A DNA stretch of 64,000 nt from Candidatus Levyibacteriota bacterium (GCA_027459745.1 DAIDHL010000001.1:77828-141827), one strand, 5' to 3'; shown: positions 1-9,900, numbered from the stretch's first letter. A program made the numbers and translations. The notes: generated by a model from the sequence alone, not told the origin.

Positions 1-1776
1 GATGATGCAGCAGAGATAGTCTTATCTGGTTTAAAATTGTTGGAATATCGTGGTTATGATTCATGGGGTGTGGCAAGTAAAATACAAAATTTAAAATTAA
101 ATGTACTAGATAACAACAAGAGCAAAATCAAATTTCAAATTGATAAACATATTGGAAAGATAGGTGATGCAAAGTTATCCGCAGAATTAAAAAGGTCTTC
201 AAATTTAGCAATTGGTCATACACGTTGGGCGACACACGGAGGAGTGGTGGAAAAAAACGCACATCCTCATTTAGATTGCACGAGGACTATTGCCGTTGTT
301 CATAATGGTATTGTCGAGAATTATATTGACTTAAAAAAGATGCTTCTAAGTAAAGGTCACCAATTTATCTCTGAAACAGATACTGAGGTTATTCCTCATT
401 TAATTGAAGAAAATTTAAAAACTAAAGGATTTGCCAGTTCTGTTAGAGATGCATTTAATCAACTTAAAGGCATGAATGCTATTGTGGTAGCTTATTCATT
501 GTCTTCGGAAATTGTTGCTGCTAAAAATGGCTCTCCATTAGTTGTGGGTAAGACTAAAGATGAATTTATGGTAGCATCTGATACTGCAGGAATTATCAAA
601 TATACTAATCAAGTTCTATTCATCAAAGATAATGAAATGGTTATTTTAGGAAAAGATGTGACGTTGCTGACACTGCCGGATGGCAAAAAAATAAAACCAC
701 AATTCAACAAAATAACTTGGAAAGTTGAAGATGCAACGTTAGGAAAGTATAAGCATTATATGCTTAAAGAAATTTACGAACAATCCAAGGTGATCCGCAA
801 TATTGCGCAAAATTATACACAGCAAATTGAATCAGTTGGCAAGATAATTAAAAAGTCCAAGGGCACATTCTTTATTGGTGCTGGAAGTGCAGCTTATGCC
901 TGTTTAAGCGGCACATACTTTTTTTCTAAAATTGCTCACTTGCATGTTAACATGTCGTCTGCCTCTGAATTTAATTATCTAGAAGATTTTCTTAATAGCA
1001 GAAGTTTAATTATAGCGCTCTCACAGTCCGGCGAAACAATTGATATTGTTGAGCCATTAACCAGAGCAAAAATAAAAAAAAGTAAAATTGTGGCAATTGT
1101 AAATGTGCTAGGTTCTACTCTGTATAGGATGTCCGACTACAAACTGTTATTGGGAGCGGGTCCTGAAAAAGCAGTTGCTTCTACCAAAGCGTATATTGCT
1201 AAATTAGCTGTTTTGTATGCTTTGTCTTATGCTATGGTTGATGAAATTGAAAAAGCAAATCAGGATTTATTGGAGGTAGCTAAAGAAGCTGAAAGAATTT
1301 TGGATGCGAAATATGCTAAACAAATACAAAGAATTGCTCAACAACTTGCGAAAGCTGTACATATCTACACTATTGGACGAGGTGCTTCATATCCGACAGC
1401 TTTGGAAGCTGCCATGAAGATTAAAGAAGTAAGTTATGTACATACCGAAGGTTTGGCAGGTGGAGAATTAAAACATGGACCATTAGCTCTTATTAGTAAA
1501 GGGAGTCCTTGTATTGTATTCGCGCCTGATGATGAAACATACGATGCGATTATTTCCAACGCGACAGAAATTAAATCACGTGGTGGAGTTATCATTGGTG
1601 TTGGCCCTTTAAATAATGACGTATTTGATTATTGGCTAGAAGTGAAAAATATAGGTGAAGCATCCATAATTGCCCAAATTATTCCTATCCAACTATTGGC
1701 CTACCACATGGCTATTATCAAAAAATTAGATCCTGATAAGCCTCGTAACTTAGCAAAGAGTGTGACTGTAAAATAA
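1..1776 (+). CDS. glmS: Glutamine--fructose-6-phosphate aminotransferase (isomerising), 5'-partial. The reading frame is open from base 1; the ORF-track start at 37 is a TTG inside the gene.
   Basis: Collinear with GlmS across the N-terminal amidotransferase region (LEYRGYDSWG, HTRWATHG, VVHNGIVENY, SETDTEV) and both SIS domains (LSQSGET, KEVSYVHTEGLAGGELKHGPLAL). The C-terminus ends DKPRNLAKSVTVK, as in GlmS. The Cys1 N-terminus lies upstream of the window. Confidence 0.9.
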   Translation, partial: DDAAEIVLSGLKLLEYRGYDSWGVASKIQNLKLNVLDNNKSKIKFQIDKHIGKIGDAKLSAELKRSSNLAIGHTRWATHGGVVEKNAHPHLDCTRTIAVVHNGIVENYIDLKKMLLSKGHQFISETDTEVIPHLIEENLKTKGFASSVRDAFNQLKGMNAIVVAYSLSSEIVAAKNGSPLVVGKTKDEFMVASDTAGIIKYTNQVLFIKDNEMVILGKDVTLLTLPDGKKIKPQFNKITWKVEDATLGKYKHYMLKEIYEQSKVIRNIAQNYTQQIESVGKIIKKSKGTFFIGAGSAAYACLSGTYFFSKIAHLHVNMSSASEFNYLEDFLNSRSLIIALSQSGETIDIVEPLTRAKIKKSKIVAIVNVLGSTLYRMSDYKLLLGAGPEKAVASTKAYIAKLAVLYALSYAMVDEIEKANQDLLEVAKEAERILDAKYAKQIQRIAQQLAKAVHIYTIGRGASYPTALEAAMKIKEVSYVHTEGLAGGELKHGPLALISKGSPCIVFAPDDETYDAIISNATEIKSRGGVIIGVGPLNNDVFDYWLEVKNIGEASIIAQIIPIQLLAYHMAIIKKLDPDKPRNLAKSVTVK

Positions 1777-1876
1777 TTGTGAATAGGTTGGGAATGTAAC
1801 GAATCTTCAAGGCTAATTTGTATCCTATAAAAGATAATTTTCTGAGAAAATAGCTTCGAATTTAAATAAAGATTAG

Positions 1877-1905
1877 TTGTGTTATCGCAGTGGCGAGTGT
1901 ATAAT
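1877..1905 (+). promoter_or_regulatory. Sigma70-like promoter upstream of mraY (-35 TTGTGT 1877-1882, 17-nt spacer, -10 TATAAT 1900-1905)
   Basis: Hexamers read directly from the sequence; the -10 is preceded by TG. The leader to the ATG at 1930 is about 18 nt and has no SD. Confidence 0.35.
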
Positions 1906-1929
1906 TGCTAGGTTAAGCATTATTTTTCT

Positions 1930-2949
1930 ATGGCACAACTTCTTGGACTGATCTTATTGTCATTAGTTATTTCTGCGATTTTGATCGTTCCTTTCATCGA
2001 CTTTTTGTATCGCATTAAACTGCAAAGGCAAAAACAGGTGACAAAGGATATGTTCAATAATCATACCCCGATTTTTGATAAATACAACGCATGGAAAGTT
2101 GGAACACCTTTTGGTGGTGGTATTCTGATCATTCTAATCGTGTCAATTATCACTCTATGGGCATATGGTATCTTTGGTACTCAAGTTAATCCTTGGGAAG
2201 CATTTGTCATCTTTTTTACACTAATCAGTTTTGGTTTATTGGGTTTATATGATGATATGAAAAAGTTAGTCAATGGAGATGGCAAGAATTCTTTCTGGGG
2301 GTTACGTTTTCGTCATAAATTTATCATCCAGTGGATTTTGGCTTTAATTATTGCCACCATATTTTATACTCAGCTCAAATACGCATTTATCTTCGTACAC
2401 GGTTTTGGCACACTTAGGTTAGAGTTCTTTTTTATTCCATTTGCTGCGTTTATTATAGTTGCATTTGCTAATGCTTTTAACGTCACTGATGGGTTGGATG
2501 GCCTGGCACCTGGTTCTCTACTTATTTGTTTATTGGCATTTTTGACAATTAGTTTACAGCAGGTAGACCAACCCTTAGGAATATTTATTGCCGTATTAAT
2601 CGGATCGATAATGGCATTTTTGTATTTCAATATATATAAAGCCAGAATATGGTTGGGAGATGTTGGTTCGCTATCTTTAGGTGCATCTCTAGCCGTCATA
2701 GGTTTGTTAAGTGGCAAGACATTGGCTTTGGTAGTAATAGGAGGTGTGTTTGTCATTGAAATCACATCTTCATTGATTCAGGTTTTAAGTAAAAAATATT
2801 GGGGAAGAAAGGTTTTTCCAGCCGCCCCCCTGCATTTATGGTTGTTAAAAAGAGGATGGGAAGAGCCAAAAGTTGTCATGCGAGTGTGGTTGGTAGGTAT
2901 ATTTTTTGCTATTTTAGGTTTGTATATCGCTTTTATCGGACAACCCTAG
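1930..2949 (+). CDS. mraY: Phospho-N-acetylmuramoyl-pentapeptide transferase
   Basis: A 339-aa polytopic membrane protein with MraY/GT4-family motifs (NAFNVTDGLDGLA, GDVGSLSLGASLAV). Canonical dcw position. Confidence 0.9.
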   Translation: MAQLLGLILLSLVISAILIVPFIDFLYRIKLQRQKQVTKDMFNNHTPIFDKYNAWKVGTPFGGGILIILIVSIITLWAYGIFGTQVNPWEAFVIFFTLISFGLLGLYDDMKKLVNGDGKNSFWGLRFRHKFIIQWILALIIATIFYTQLKYAFIFVHGFGTLRLEFFFIPFAAFIIVAFANAFNVTDGLDGLAPGSLLICLLAFLTISLQQVDQPLGIFIAVLIGSIMAFLYFNIYKARIWLGDVGSLSLGASLAVIGLLSGKTLALVVIGGVFVIEITSSLIQVLSKKYWGRKVFPAAPLHLWLLKRGWEEPKVVMRVWLVGIFFAILGLYIAFIGQP

Positions 2950-3042
2950 GTATACTCTGTAACAGAAATATTTTGTGGTTGTAATAATATTTTGCTTCTT
3001 TGCCCTTGTTGCTTAGCTGTAACCTCTTTATAATGAATATAG

Positions 3043-4119
3043 ATGAAAAAATTTGATTCTATTTTGCTGCTTATAACCATAGGCTTAACTCTTTTTGGTT
3101 TATTGATGATTTATGATGCATCTTCAGTAATTGCTTATCGTGATTTTCACGGAGATTCATTCCATTATATCCGTGAACAGTTAGTTTGGGCGTTGCTAGG
3201 CATTGTGCTCTTATTTATATTTACCAAAATAAGTTATAAATTTTTTTTCAACTTTTCACCTATTCTACTTGTATCCTCGATTGTAATGTTAATTTTGGTA
3301 TTTATTCCCGGTGTGGGTATAAATGAGCTGGGGGCTAGTAGGTGGATAAACCTGCATGTGTTTGTTTTTCAACCGACTGAGTTTGTAAAATTATCCTTAG
3401 CAATTTATTTGGCGGCTTGGTTTTCACAAAAAGAGAAAGGTAGATTTTGGGCATTCAGCCTACTTATTGGTTTTGTAATGCTGCTGATCATGTTACAGCC
3501 GGATATGGGAACTGGCATGATTATTTTTGCTGAGGCTTTTACGATTTATGTATTATCAGGTGGAGATGTGAAATATTTTTATATCGTAGCACCCATATTG
3601 GCGGTAGTAGGTTTTCTGCTTATTAAAATTGCTCCTTACCGAGCTGCACGTTTGACTTCATTTTTGTCGGTCGACAATTCTATATCTTCAGCGTCTTATC
3701 ACATGAAACAGATTCTAATTGCTTTTGGATCAGGAGGCATATTTGGGGTAGGATTAGGTAATTCACTGCAAAAATACGCATATCTGCCCGAAAATGTAAC
3801 TGACTCTATTTTTGCTATCATTGCTGAAGAATTAGGCTATATCGGTTGTATTGTGCTTATACTGGTATATGTGATTTTTATCTGGCATGGATTTATGATA
3901 TCCGCTAAGGCTAAGGATCCCTTTGGTAAACTGCTTGCAGCTGGAATAACAGTTTTCATTGGAATCCAAGTACTGATAAATATGGCATCGATGACAGCTT
4001 TGCTGCCTTTGACTGGTGTCCCTTTACCATTCGTTTCGTATGGAGGATCAGCGTTAGTGGTAGATTTAGTAGCTATAGGAATTCTACTGAATATTTCTTC
4101 TAGTCTGGAAAAGAGATAA
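3043..4119 (+). CDS. ftsW: SEDS-family peptidoglycan glycosyltransferase FtsW
   Basis: About 10 TM helices and the SEDS signature PENVTDSIFAIIAEELGYIG. Sits between mraY and murG. Confidence 0.8.
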   Translation: MKKFDSILLLITIGLTLFGLLMIYDASSVIAYRDFHGDSFHYIREQLVWALLGIVLLFIFTKISYKFFFNFSPILLVSSIVMLILVFIPGVGINELGASRWINLHVFVFQPTEFVKLSLAIYLAAWFSQKEKGRFWAFSLLIGFVMLLIMLQPDMGTGMIIFAEAFTIYVLSGGDVKYFYIVAPILAVVGFLLIKIAPYRAARLTSFLSVDNSISSASYHMKQILIAFGSGGIFGVGLGNSLQKYAYLPENVTDSIFAIIAEELGYIGCIVLILVYVIFIWHGFMISAKAKDPFGKLLAAGITVFIGIQVLINMASMTALLPLTGVPLPFVSYGGSALVVDLVAIGILLNISSSLEKR

Positions 4120-4146
4120 ATATAGTTTATAATAATTAACATAAAT

Positions 4147-5280
4147 ATGAAAATAGCTTTAATTGGAGGTCATTTATCACCTGCTTTAGCATTTTTACAG
4201 CAGATTTCTCCTAAAGATGAAATATTTTTTATTGGTAAGAAATATACATTTGAAGGTGATAAATCATTGTCACTTGAATATACTATAATGCAGCAGAAGA
4301 GAATTAAATTTTTTTCACTCACTACAGGACGATTGCAACGTCGTTTGACACGTCATACATTGTCATCTATGAGCAAATTTCCTTACGGTTATCTACAAGC
4401 ATTAAATTTCTTGATGCGTTACCGTCCGGCAGTTGTGGTGGGTTTTGGAGGATATTTATCAGTGCCAGTTTGTTTAGCCGCAAGATCACTGAGAATCCCA
4501 GTAGTTATACATGAACAAACTACTCGGGCCGGAATGGCAAATAAATTGATTGGACGCTTTGCTCTGAAGATTTGTGTTTCATGGGAGTCATCATTAGTAT
4601 ATTTTCCCAAGAAACGCACTGTATTGACGGGCAATCTAATTCGTCAGGAAATAGTAGAGATGATTGAATCAGTTAAGAAAAATAAACTGAAGAAACAAGG
4701 TAAGCGAATTATCTATATCACAGGCGGCAGCTCTGGCTCACATGCTATTAACGTAATTATTGAGAATAGTTTAAAGGAATTGTTAAAAAAATATATTCTT
4801 ATCCACCAGACTGGTAACAATCAGCAATTTGCTGATTTTGAGCGATTATCCGAGGAAAAAAATAAACTTCCCCAAGGAATAGCAAAAAACTATGAACTGC
4901 TAAGATTTGTAGTACCAGAAAAAATTGCTGAAGTATATGCTCGAAGTGATTTAGTGATCGGTCGTTGTGGAGGAAATACGATGACGGAATTATTGTTATT
5001 AAATAAGCCGTGCTTATTGATTCCTTTGGAATCTGGACAGAAAGGTGAGCAGTTGGAGAATGCTACCTATATTAAAAATAGTGGGTTGGGAGAAGTGTTG
5101 CTGCAGGATGCAGCTACGCCGACTGTTTTCCAGCAAATCGTTGAAGAGATGATGGATAATTTAGATAACTATCAAGTAAAACAAATAGATTTAAACATCC
5201 ATAAAAATGCGGCTAAAAAAATGTATGAGATAGTAAGAGAGGTTTATGAAAAAAAAGCCAGTCAAAAATCGCAAAATTGA
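4147..5280 (+). CDS. murG: Undecaprenyl-PP-MurNAc-pentapeptide UDP-GlcNAc transferase
   Basis: N-terminal GGHLSPALAF motif and the GT28 C-terminal domain (ITGGSSGSHAIN, RCGGNTMTELLLLNKPCLLIP). Confidence 0.85.
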   Translation: MKIALIGGHLSPALAFLQQISPKDEIFFIGKKYTFEGDKSLSLEYTIMQQKRIKFFSLTTGRLQRRLTRHTLSSMSKFPYGYLQALNFLMRYRPAVVVGFGGYLSVPVCLAARSLRIPVVIHEQTTRAGMANKLIGRFALKICVSWESSLVYFPKKRTVLTGNLIRQEIVEMIESVKKNKLKKQGKRIIYITGGSSGSHAINVIIENSLKELLKKYILIHQTGNNQQFADFERLSEEKNKLPQGIAKNYELLRFVVPEKIAEVYARSDLVIGRCGGNTMTELLLLNKPCLLIPLESGQKGEQLENATYIKNSGLGEVLLQDAATPTVFQQIVEEMMDNLDNYQVKQIDLNIHKNAAKKMYEIVREVYEKKASQKSQN

Positions 5281-5692
5281 AACGCGTAACAAAAAAATTT
5301 TCATTGTCTCATGTGTGCTGGGATTGATATTAATCAGTGCTTCCTTGGTAGTCAGTGTGTACATTTTTTTACGCAAAGCTCCTTACTTATCGCCATCAGC
5401 TAAGATGGTTATAACTCAATCAAATAATAAAGTATCTTCGATGTTAGATGCTCAGGCAGAAATAGAAAATTTACTTAATCAAAATAAAATAAACTATGCT
5501 AGTATTGATAAAATCGATGATGCTACGTATATTATTACGATTGATGGGGATGAGAAAGTAATTGTTGACCCCCAAACAAACTTGGCTATGCAAATAGCCT
5601 CTTTACAACTCATAACGTCACGCCTTACAATGGAAGGGAAGAGGTTTTCTCGCCTCGATTTGCGCGATGAAAAACCTGTTATTACTTTTTGA
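5246..5692 (+). CDS. Short bitopic membrane protein in the FtsQ/DivIB position (possible minimal FtsQ-like division protein)
   Basis: 148 aa: a basic cytoplasmic N-terminus, one TM helix and a ~100-aa extracytoplasmic domain. The gene sits between murG and ftsA, overlapping the murG 3' end by 35 nt. It is too short for a canonical POTRA-containing FtsQ. Confidence 0.4.
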   Translation: MKKKPVKNRKIETRNKKIFIVSCVLGLILISASLVVSVYIFLRKAPYLSPSAKMVITQSNNKVSSMLDAQAEIENLLNQNKINYASIDKIDDATYIITIDGDEKVIVDPQTNLAMQIASLQLITSRLTMEGKRFSRLDLRDEKPVITF

Positions 5693-5717
5693 TTGTTGGT
5701 TAGTTATTTAATTTATT

Positions 5718-7022
5718 ATGGAAGGGAAAATTGTAGTTGCAATAGATGTAGGAAGTTACAAAATCGTAAGTGTGATCGTCAGAGTAGACGAATCTATTAA
5801 CGTTTTAGGTGTGTCTGAAGTTAAATCTTCTGGTATTCGCAAGGGGCAAATTGTTGATATTGAAGATGCAGTCAATGCCATTAATACTTCATTAGAAGCT
5901 GCAGAACGGATGGCTGGTTACTCAGCTTCACATGTAGTAGTTTCTATAGGAGGTAGTCAAATTGAATCTCAAAACTCTCGTGGTGTCGTTGCCGTAGCTA
6001 ATCAAAACGGTGAAATTACTGAGAATGATTTAGCTCGTGTTATTGATGCAGCTAGAGCTATCTCTATGCCCTCGACACGGGAGATCATTCACGTTTTGCC
6101 ACGAAATTATATTGTGGATGGACAAGAAGGAATTAAAGATCCAATTGGTATGTCTGGGGTGCGCCTAGAGGTCGACACGCATATCATTTCGGCAAATAGT
6201 ATTTCTGTAAGAAATTTGGAAAAAGCCTTTTCTGAAGTCGGCGTAGATGTGACGAATTTTGTTTTTAATGGATATGCCAGTTCTCAGTCCGTATTAACTG
6301 ACACGGAAAAGGAATTAGGAGTGATTTTAGTTGATATCGGTGCAGCTACAACGGATATTTCCATTTACACGGAGGGTTCCATTAGTTATTCTTCAGTTTT
6401 AGCTATCGGTGCTAGACATATAACCAATGATTTAGCAATTGGCTTGCGTATTTCTTTGGAAAGTGCAGAGAAAATCAAGCTTTATTTAACTCATTTAGCT
6501 AGCAAGCGAGCACGCCAAGTGCAGCTAGAGGAAGTAGCAGCCGAAGGTAAGAAGAGAGAAAGGCCCTCTGACGAAATTGATTTGTCGAGTTTAAATTTGC
6601 CAGAAGAATTGCGAATGGTATCACAGAAAACTCTCATCGAAGGAATTATTAGACCACGCTTAAATGAGATTTTTACTATGATTGGTCTGGAGATTAAAAA
6701 GAGTGGTTTTGGGGGACAAACGCCGGCAGGAATCGTCATTACTGGCGGAGGAGCATTAACCGTAGGAGTAAAGGAATCTGCCAAACGCATTTTGGCAATG
6801 CCAGTACGCACAGGTGGACCAAATAATATTAAAGGCATCATTGATGAAGTACAAAGTCCAGCTTTTGCTACAGTTATTGGTTTGACTTTGTCCACTAGTG
6901 GAGGAGAAAGCGCCAGCAATAAAGGTTTGAATCTGGGAAATTTCAAAGTTGGTCTGTCGATGGGTGGAAGTACAAAAATTGTGAAGAAAATTTTCTCTTT
7001 GATCAAATCTTTCATGCCTTAA
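5718..7022 (+). CDS. ftsA: Cell division protein FtsA (actin-like ATPase)
   Basis: VVAIDVGSYKI N-terminus, ASKHD/actin-fold motifs (ILVDIGAATTDISIY, GIVITGGGALT) and a C-terminal amphipathic tail. Confidence 0.9.
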   Translation: MEGKIVVAIDVGSYKIVSVIVRVDESINVLGVSEVKSSGIRKGQIVDIEDAVNAINTSLEAAERMAGYSASHVVVSIGGSQIESQNSRGVVAVANQNGEITENDLARVIDAARAISMPSTREIIHVLPRNYIVDGQEGIKDPIGMSGVRLEVDTHIISANSISVRNLEKAFSEVGVDVTNFVFNGYASSQSVLTDTEKELGVILVDIGAATTDISIYTEGSISYSSVLAIGARHITNDLAIGLRISLESAEKIKLYLTHLASKRARQVQLEEVAAEGKKRERPSDEIDLSSLNLPEELRMVSQKTLIEGIIRPRLNEIFTMIGLEIKKSGFGGQTPAGIVITGGGALTVGVKESAKRILAMPVRTGGPNNIKGIIDEVQSPAFATVIGLTLSTSGGESASNKGLNLGNFKVGLSMGGSTKIVKKIFSLIKSFMP

Positions 7023-7105
7023 TCAAATAATAGAATTTTTAAGTAGTTTTTTGTTTCTTTTTGTTGCTGGCTTAACTTGCAATTAAATCTTCTATCTGCT
7101 AGGAT

Positions 7106-8341
7106 TTGTCCAACATGTTGATAAGACCTCAAACCTCAAATTTCGCCAAAATCAGAGTTATCGGAGTAGGTGGTGGAGGAGGAAACGCTGTTAATTCAAT
7201 GATCGCTAATGGAAACATTCAGGGAGTGGATTTTGTAGCCATGAATACTGATGCACAAGCTCTATTGCGGAACAACTCAGAGACCAAAATTCAAATTGGA
7301 GAGCAGTATACAAAAGGATTAGGTTCAGGTGGAGATCCTGAAACAGGTCGACAGGCTGCTGAAGAATCTGCTGAAAAAATTAAACAAACCCTACAAGGTT
7401 CTGATATGGTTTTCATAACAGCTGGTATGGGTGGAGGAACAGGGACAGGTGCTGCTCCAGTTGTGGCACAGATTGCTAAAGAGGTTGGAGCATTAACAGT
7501 AGCTGTTGTTACCAAACCATTTTCTTTTGAAGGCACACGCCGTATGGTCGCTGCTGAAGAAGGAATTGAGAATATAAAAGATAAAGTCGACACATTAATT
7601 GTTATTCCAAATCAACGTATACTGGACGTGGTAGATCGCAAACTTTCATTGTTGGAGGCTTTTAAAGTAGCAGATTCTGTTTTGAATCAGGGAGTACAAG
7701 GCATCTCGGAAATTATTACTTTGCCCGGGTTGATTAATGTAGACTTTGCTGATGTAAAAGCTATCATGGCTAACGCTGGCTCTGCCTTGATGGGTATTGG
7801 TATAGCCGAAGGCGAAAATCGTGCTCAAGCTGCAGCCAGAGCTGCCATTGCTTCGCCATTGTTAGAAATTTCGATGGAAGGGGCACGTGGAGTATTATTT
7901 AATATTGTTGGGGGCAATGATTTGACTATGACAGAGGTGGACGAGGCAGCTAAGATCATAGCTAGTTCTGCTGATCCGGATGCCAATATTATTTTTGGAG
8001 CTACGATCGATGAAACAATGAATAGTTCACTTCGCATTACAGTTGTAGCGACAGGTTTTGATAATTCAAAACAACACTTACAGCAATTTATGATGCCGCC
8101 AACAAATCGGTGGGTTAATGAAGAAAAAACACAACCTTCTGCACAACCACCACAAAATGTGAATCAAGCTCCTGCAAGTAGCAATAATCCACCTTTACCC
8201 AATCCATTTTTGAATAATGGTAACGTTATGAATAACAATAGTAATAATAATCAAAATTCCGCTCCACAGCAAAATGGACATGAAGAGGCTTCAGATGAGG
8301 ATGCATGGGATATTCCCGCATTTCTAAGGCAGAAAAATTAA
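7106..8341 (+). CDS. ftsZ: Cell division GTPase FtsZ
   Basis: Tubulin signature [14 protein letters not shown]7 loop NVDFADV, and a conserved C-terminal peptide [11 protein letters not shown] long Q/N/P-rich linker precedes the C-terminal peptide. Confidence 0.95.
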   Translation: MSNMLIRPQTSNFAKIRVIGVGGGGGNAVNSMIANGNIQGVDFVAMNTDAQALLRNNSETKIQIGEQYTKGLGSGGDPETGRQAAEESAEKIKQTLQGSDMVFITAGMGGGTGTGAAPVVAQIAKEVGALTVAVVTKPFSFEGTRRMVAAEEGIENIKDKVDTLIVIPNQRILDVVDRKLSLLEAFKVADSVLNQGVQGISEIITLPGLINVDFADVKAIMANAGSALMGIGIAEGENRAQAAARAAIASPLLEISMEGARGVLFNIVGGNDLTMTEVDEAAKIIASSADPDANIIFGATIDETMNSSLRITVVATGFDNSKQHLQQFMMPPTNRWVNEEKTQPSAQPPQNVNQAPASSNNPPLPNPFLNNGNVMNNNSNNNQNSAPQQNGHEEASDEDAWDIPAFLRQKN

Positions 8342-8366
8342 GCTTTTAACTTCAACTCTCTATTAA

Positions 8367-8390
8367 GCACCTTAGAAGGGTGTTTTTTTT
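8367..8390 (+). terminator. Rho-independent terminator after ftsZ
   Basis: A 6-bp stem (CACCTT/AGGGTG) with a 3-nt loop, followed by an 8-T run, 26 nt after the ftsZ stop. Confidence 0.6.
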
Positions 8391-8582
8391 GTATAAAATT
8401 TTTTAGCTATCCCGAGAGAACATCTGGAAGCAAGTGTAATTTTCTATTCTTTAAAATTCATTTACTAGTATTAGGAAGGGAATATTTAATGAAGAGAGAG
8501 TATGCCGATCTTATACGAAATAAAGTCCTGTTTGGCAGACTGATTTTAAAGTAAAAAGAAAACAAATGATATAATTATTATT

Positions 8583-8655
8583 GATGCGGTAGCCGAGTCA
8601 GTTCAGGCGACTGTCTGCAAGACAGTAAACGTAGGTGCAATTCCTTCCCGCATCT
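8583..8655 (+). tRNA. tRNA-Cys(GCA)-like element (atypical; possibly a pseudo-tRNA)
   Basis: - The acceptor stem is a perfect 7 bp (GATGCGG/CCGCATC).
- The anticodon arm is ACTGT-CTGCAAG-ACAGT: U33 is present, the anticodon is GCA, and position 37 is A.
- The T-arm is GTAGG-TGCAATT-CCTTC, with the G53-C61 pair and T54, C56, A58 present.
- A -10 TATAAT lies at 8570-8575.
- Deviations: the D-loop has no GG, G replaces U55, one T-stem pair is mismatched, and the anticodon helix can extend to 7 bp. Confidence 0.45.
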
Positions 8656-8659
8656 CATT

Positions 8660-9691
8660 ATGCAACAAGACATACAAAATTTTCTTACTCAGCTGTTAAC
8701 AAAAAGTGGTAACCATACATTGACTGAGCATGAGCAATCACTTTTACAAGACACAGGCATAGAAGGATTTATTTATGCAAAATTGACAAGTAAAAAATTT
8801 CGTAAGTCTAAGATGGATGATGCTTGTGTGGTACGAACAAAAAAGGCTATTTCAATAGCTATACAAAAAAATAAGCCAATCAATGTATTTTATCCACAAG
8901 GAGGATATAAGTTATGGCGTTTCCCTTCTTCACCAACTGTGGATTGGGCTGAATTCTTTAATATTTCTTATGTACTTAAATATGTTGCACCTGTTGCTGC
9001 TGCATATAAACCAGGAGTAAATCTTACATATTACATGCATACATTCCTTATGGAGCTACACGATAACTTAACGACTGAAGAAATAAAAAAGTATGTTGAT
9101 TCCTTTGAAGCACTTCTTACAGAGTTTCGCAAATATCTCCCGGCTAATATAACTATTTCGATTCTTCGTGATGCAGATATTTACTCAAAAGATAAGTATT
9201 TTAAAGCACTTGAAGAAGGAAAATCGCAAGCAGAAAAAGAATATGTAACATGGAGTCAAGCACAAAAAAATGACTTTGCTCGCATGGCTCGGTTGAATAT
9301 AAAATGGAATGGAAAAGAAGATTGGACAAAGCTATCTGAAAAAGAAAAAGGAGAAAAAATATACTTAGCGGCACTTTATGAATCAGCTGCTAGCTCAAAC
9401 TTGCCTAAGGTAGCTGAACTAGTAAAATCACCTGATAAAATATTAGTCTTCACAAAAGGTAGTGCAATGTTTATTGGCATTGGCAGTACAAAGACATCAA
9501 TTGCAAAATACTGGGTTGGTTTTGGTGTACTTGAACAAAAATCATCCTCCTATTTGCCTTTTGTATTAACCCCAAGCCAATACGAAAAAGCAATAAAGGT
9601 ACAATATAAGCGAATTCCTATAGAGGTGATTTCCTTATCCAATTTTTCTGAAATTCTTTTATTTGAAAACCTTTGGAGTTATGTTTTGTAA
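8660..9691 (+). CDS. Hypothetical protein (343 aa, soluble, no family recognised)
   Basis: Long ORF starting 5 nt after the tRNA-like element. Codon usage matches its neighbours. Confidence 0.6.
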   Translation: MQQDIQNFLTQLLTKSGNHTLTEHEQSLLQDTGIEGFIYAKLTSKKFRKSKMDDACVVRTKKAISIAIQKNKPINVFYPQGGYKLWRFPSSPTVDWAEFFNISYVLKYVAPVAAAYKPGVNLTYYMHTFLMELHDNLTTEEIKKYVDSFEALLTEFRKYLPANITISILRDADIYSKDKYFKALEEGKSQAEKEYVTWSQAQKNDFARMARLNIKWNGKEDWTKLSEKEKGEKIYLAALYESAASSNLPKVAELVKSPDKILVFTKGSAMFIGIGSTKTSIAKYWVGFGVLEQKSSSYLPFVLTPSQYEKAIKVQYKRIPIEVISLSNFSEILLFENLWSYVL

Positions 9692-9900
9692 AGTTTGAGT
9701 AACCCAGGGTAGAGACTCAGATAATATATAAGAGATCTTTTGAATCAACATCGACTATTGTGGAAACCTAAATCTAATAGAAGATGTTATTTAATACCAG
9801 TGATACTAGAAATTTTCATCAATCCTAGAGAATTGTTTTTTTAGTTTTTTTGATATCAAGTTGATTTTAGATTTAGTTATATTTTTATCGAGTGAGCTAT

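Noticed and set aside
2370-2765. Antisense or embedded ORFs inside well-supported genes (2370-2765, 2799-2984, 3837-4142, 4419-4634, 6491-7015, 7291-8037, 10407-10673, 16950-17195, 23472-23795, 39706-39969, 43181-43492, 49899-50186, 59622-59966, 60111-60389, 61773-61994 and similar)
   Set aside because: Each lies wholly within, or on the opposite strand to, a longer ORF with clear family motifs. None has its own start context, and their compositions mirror the host gene.
8391-8582. 21-codon ORF (MKREYADLIRNKVLFGRLILK) between the ftsZ terminator and the tRNA-like element
   Set aside because: It is very short, has a weak start context, and there is no means of checking conservation here. Treated as non-coding leader or promoter DNA for the tRNA-like element.
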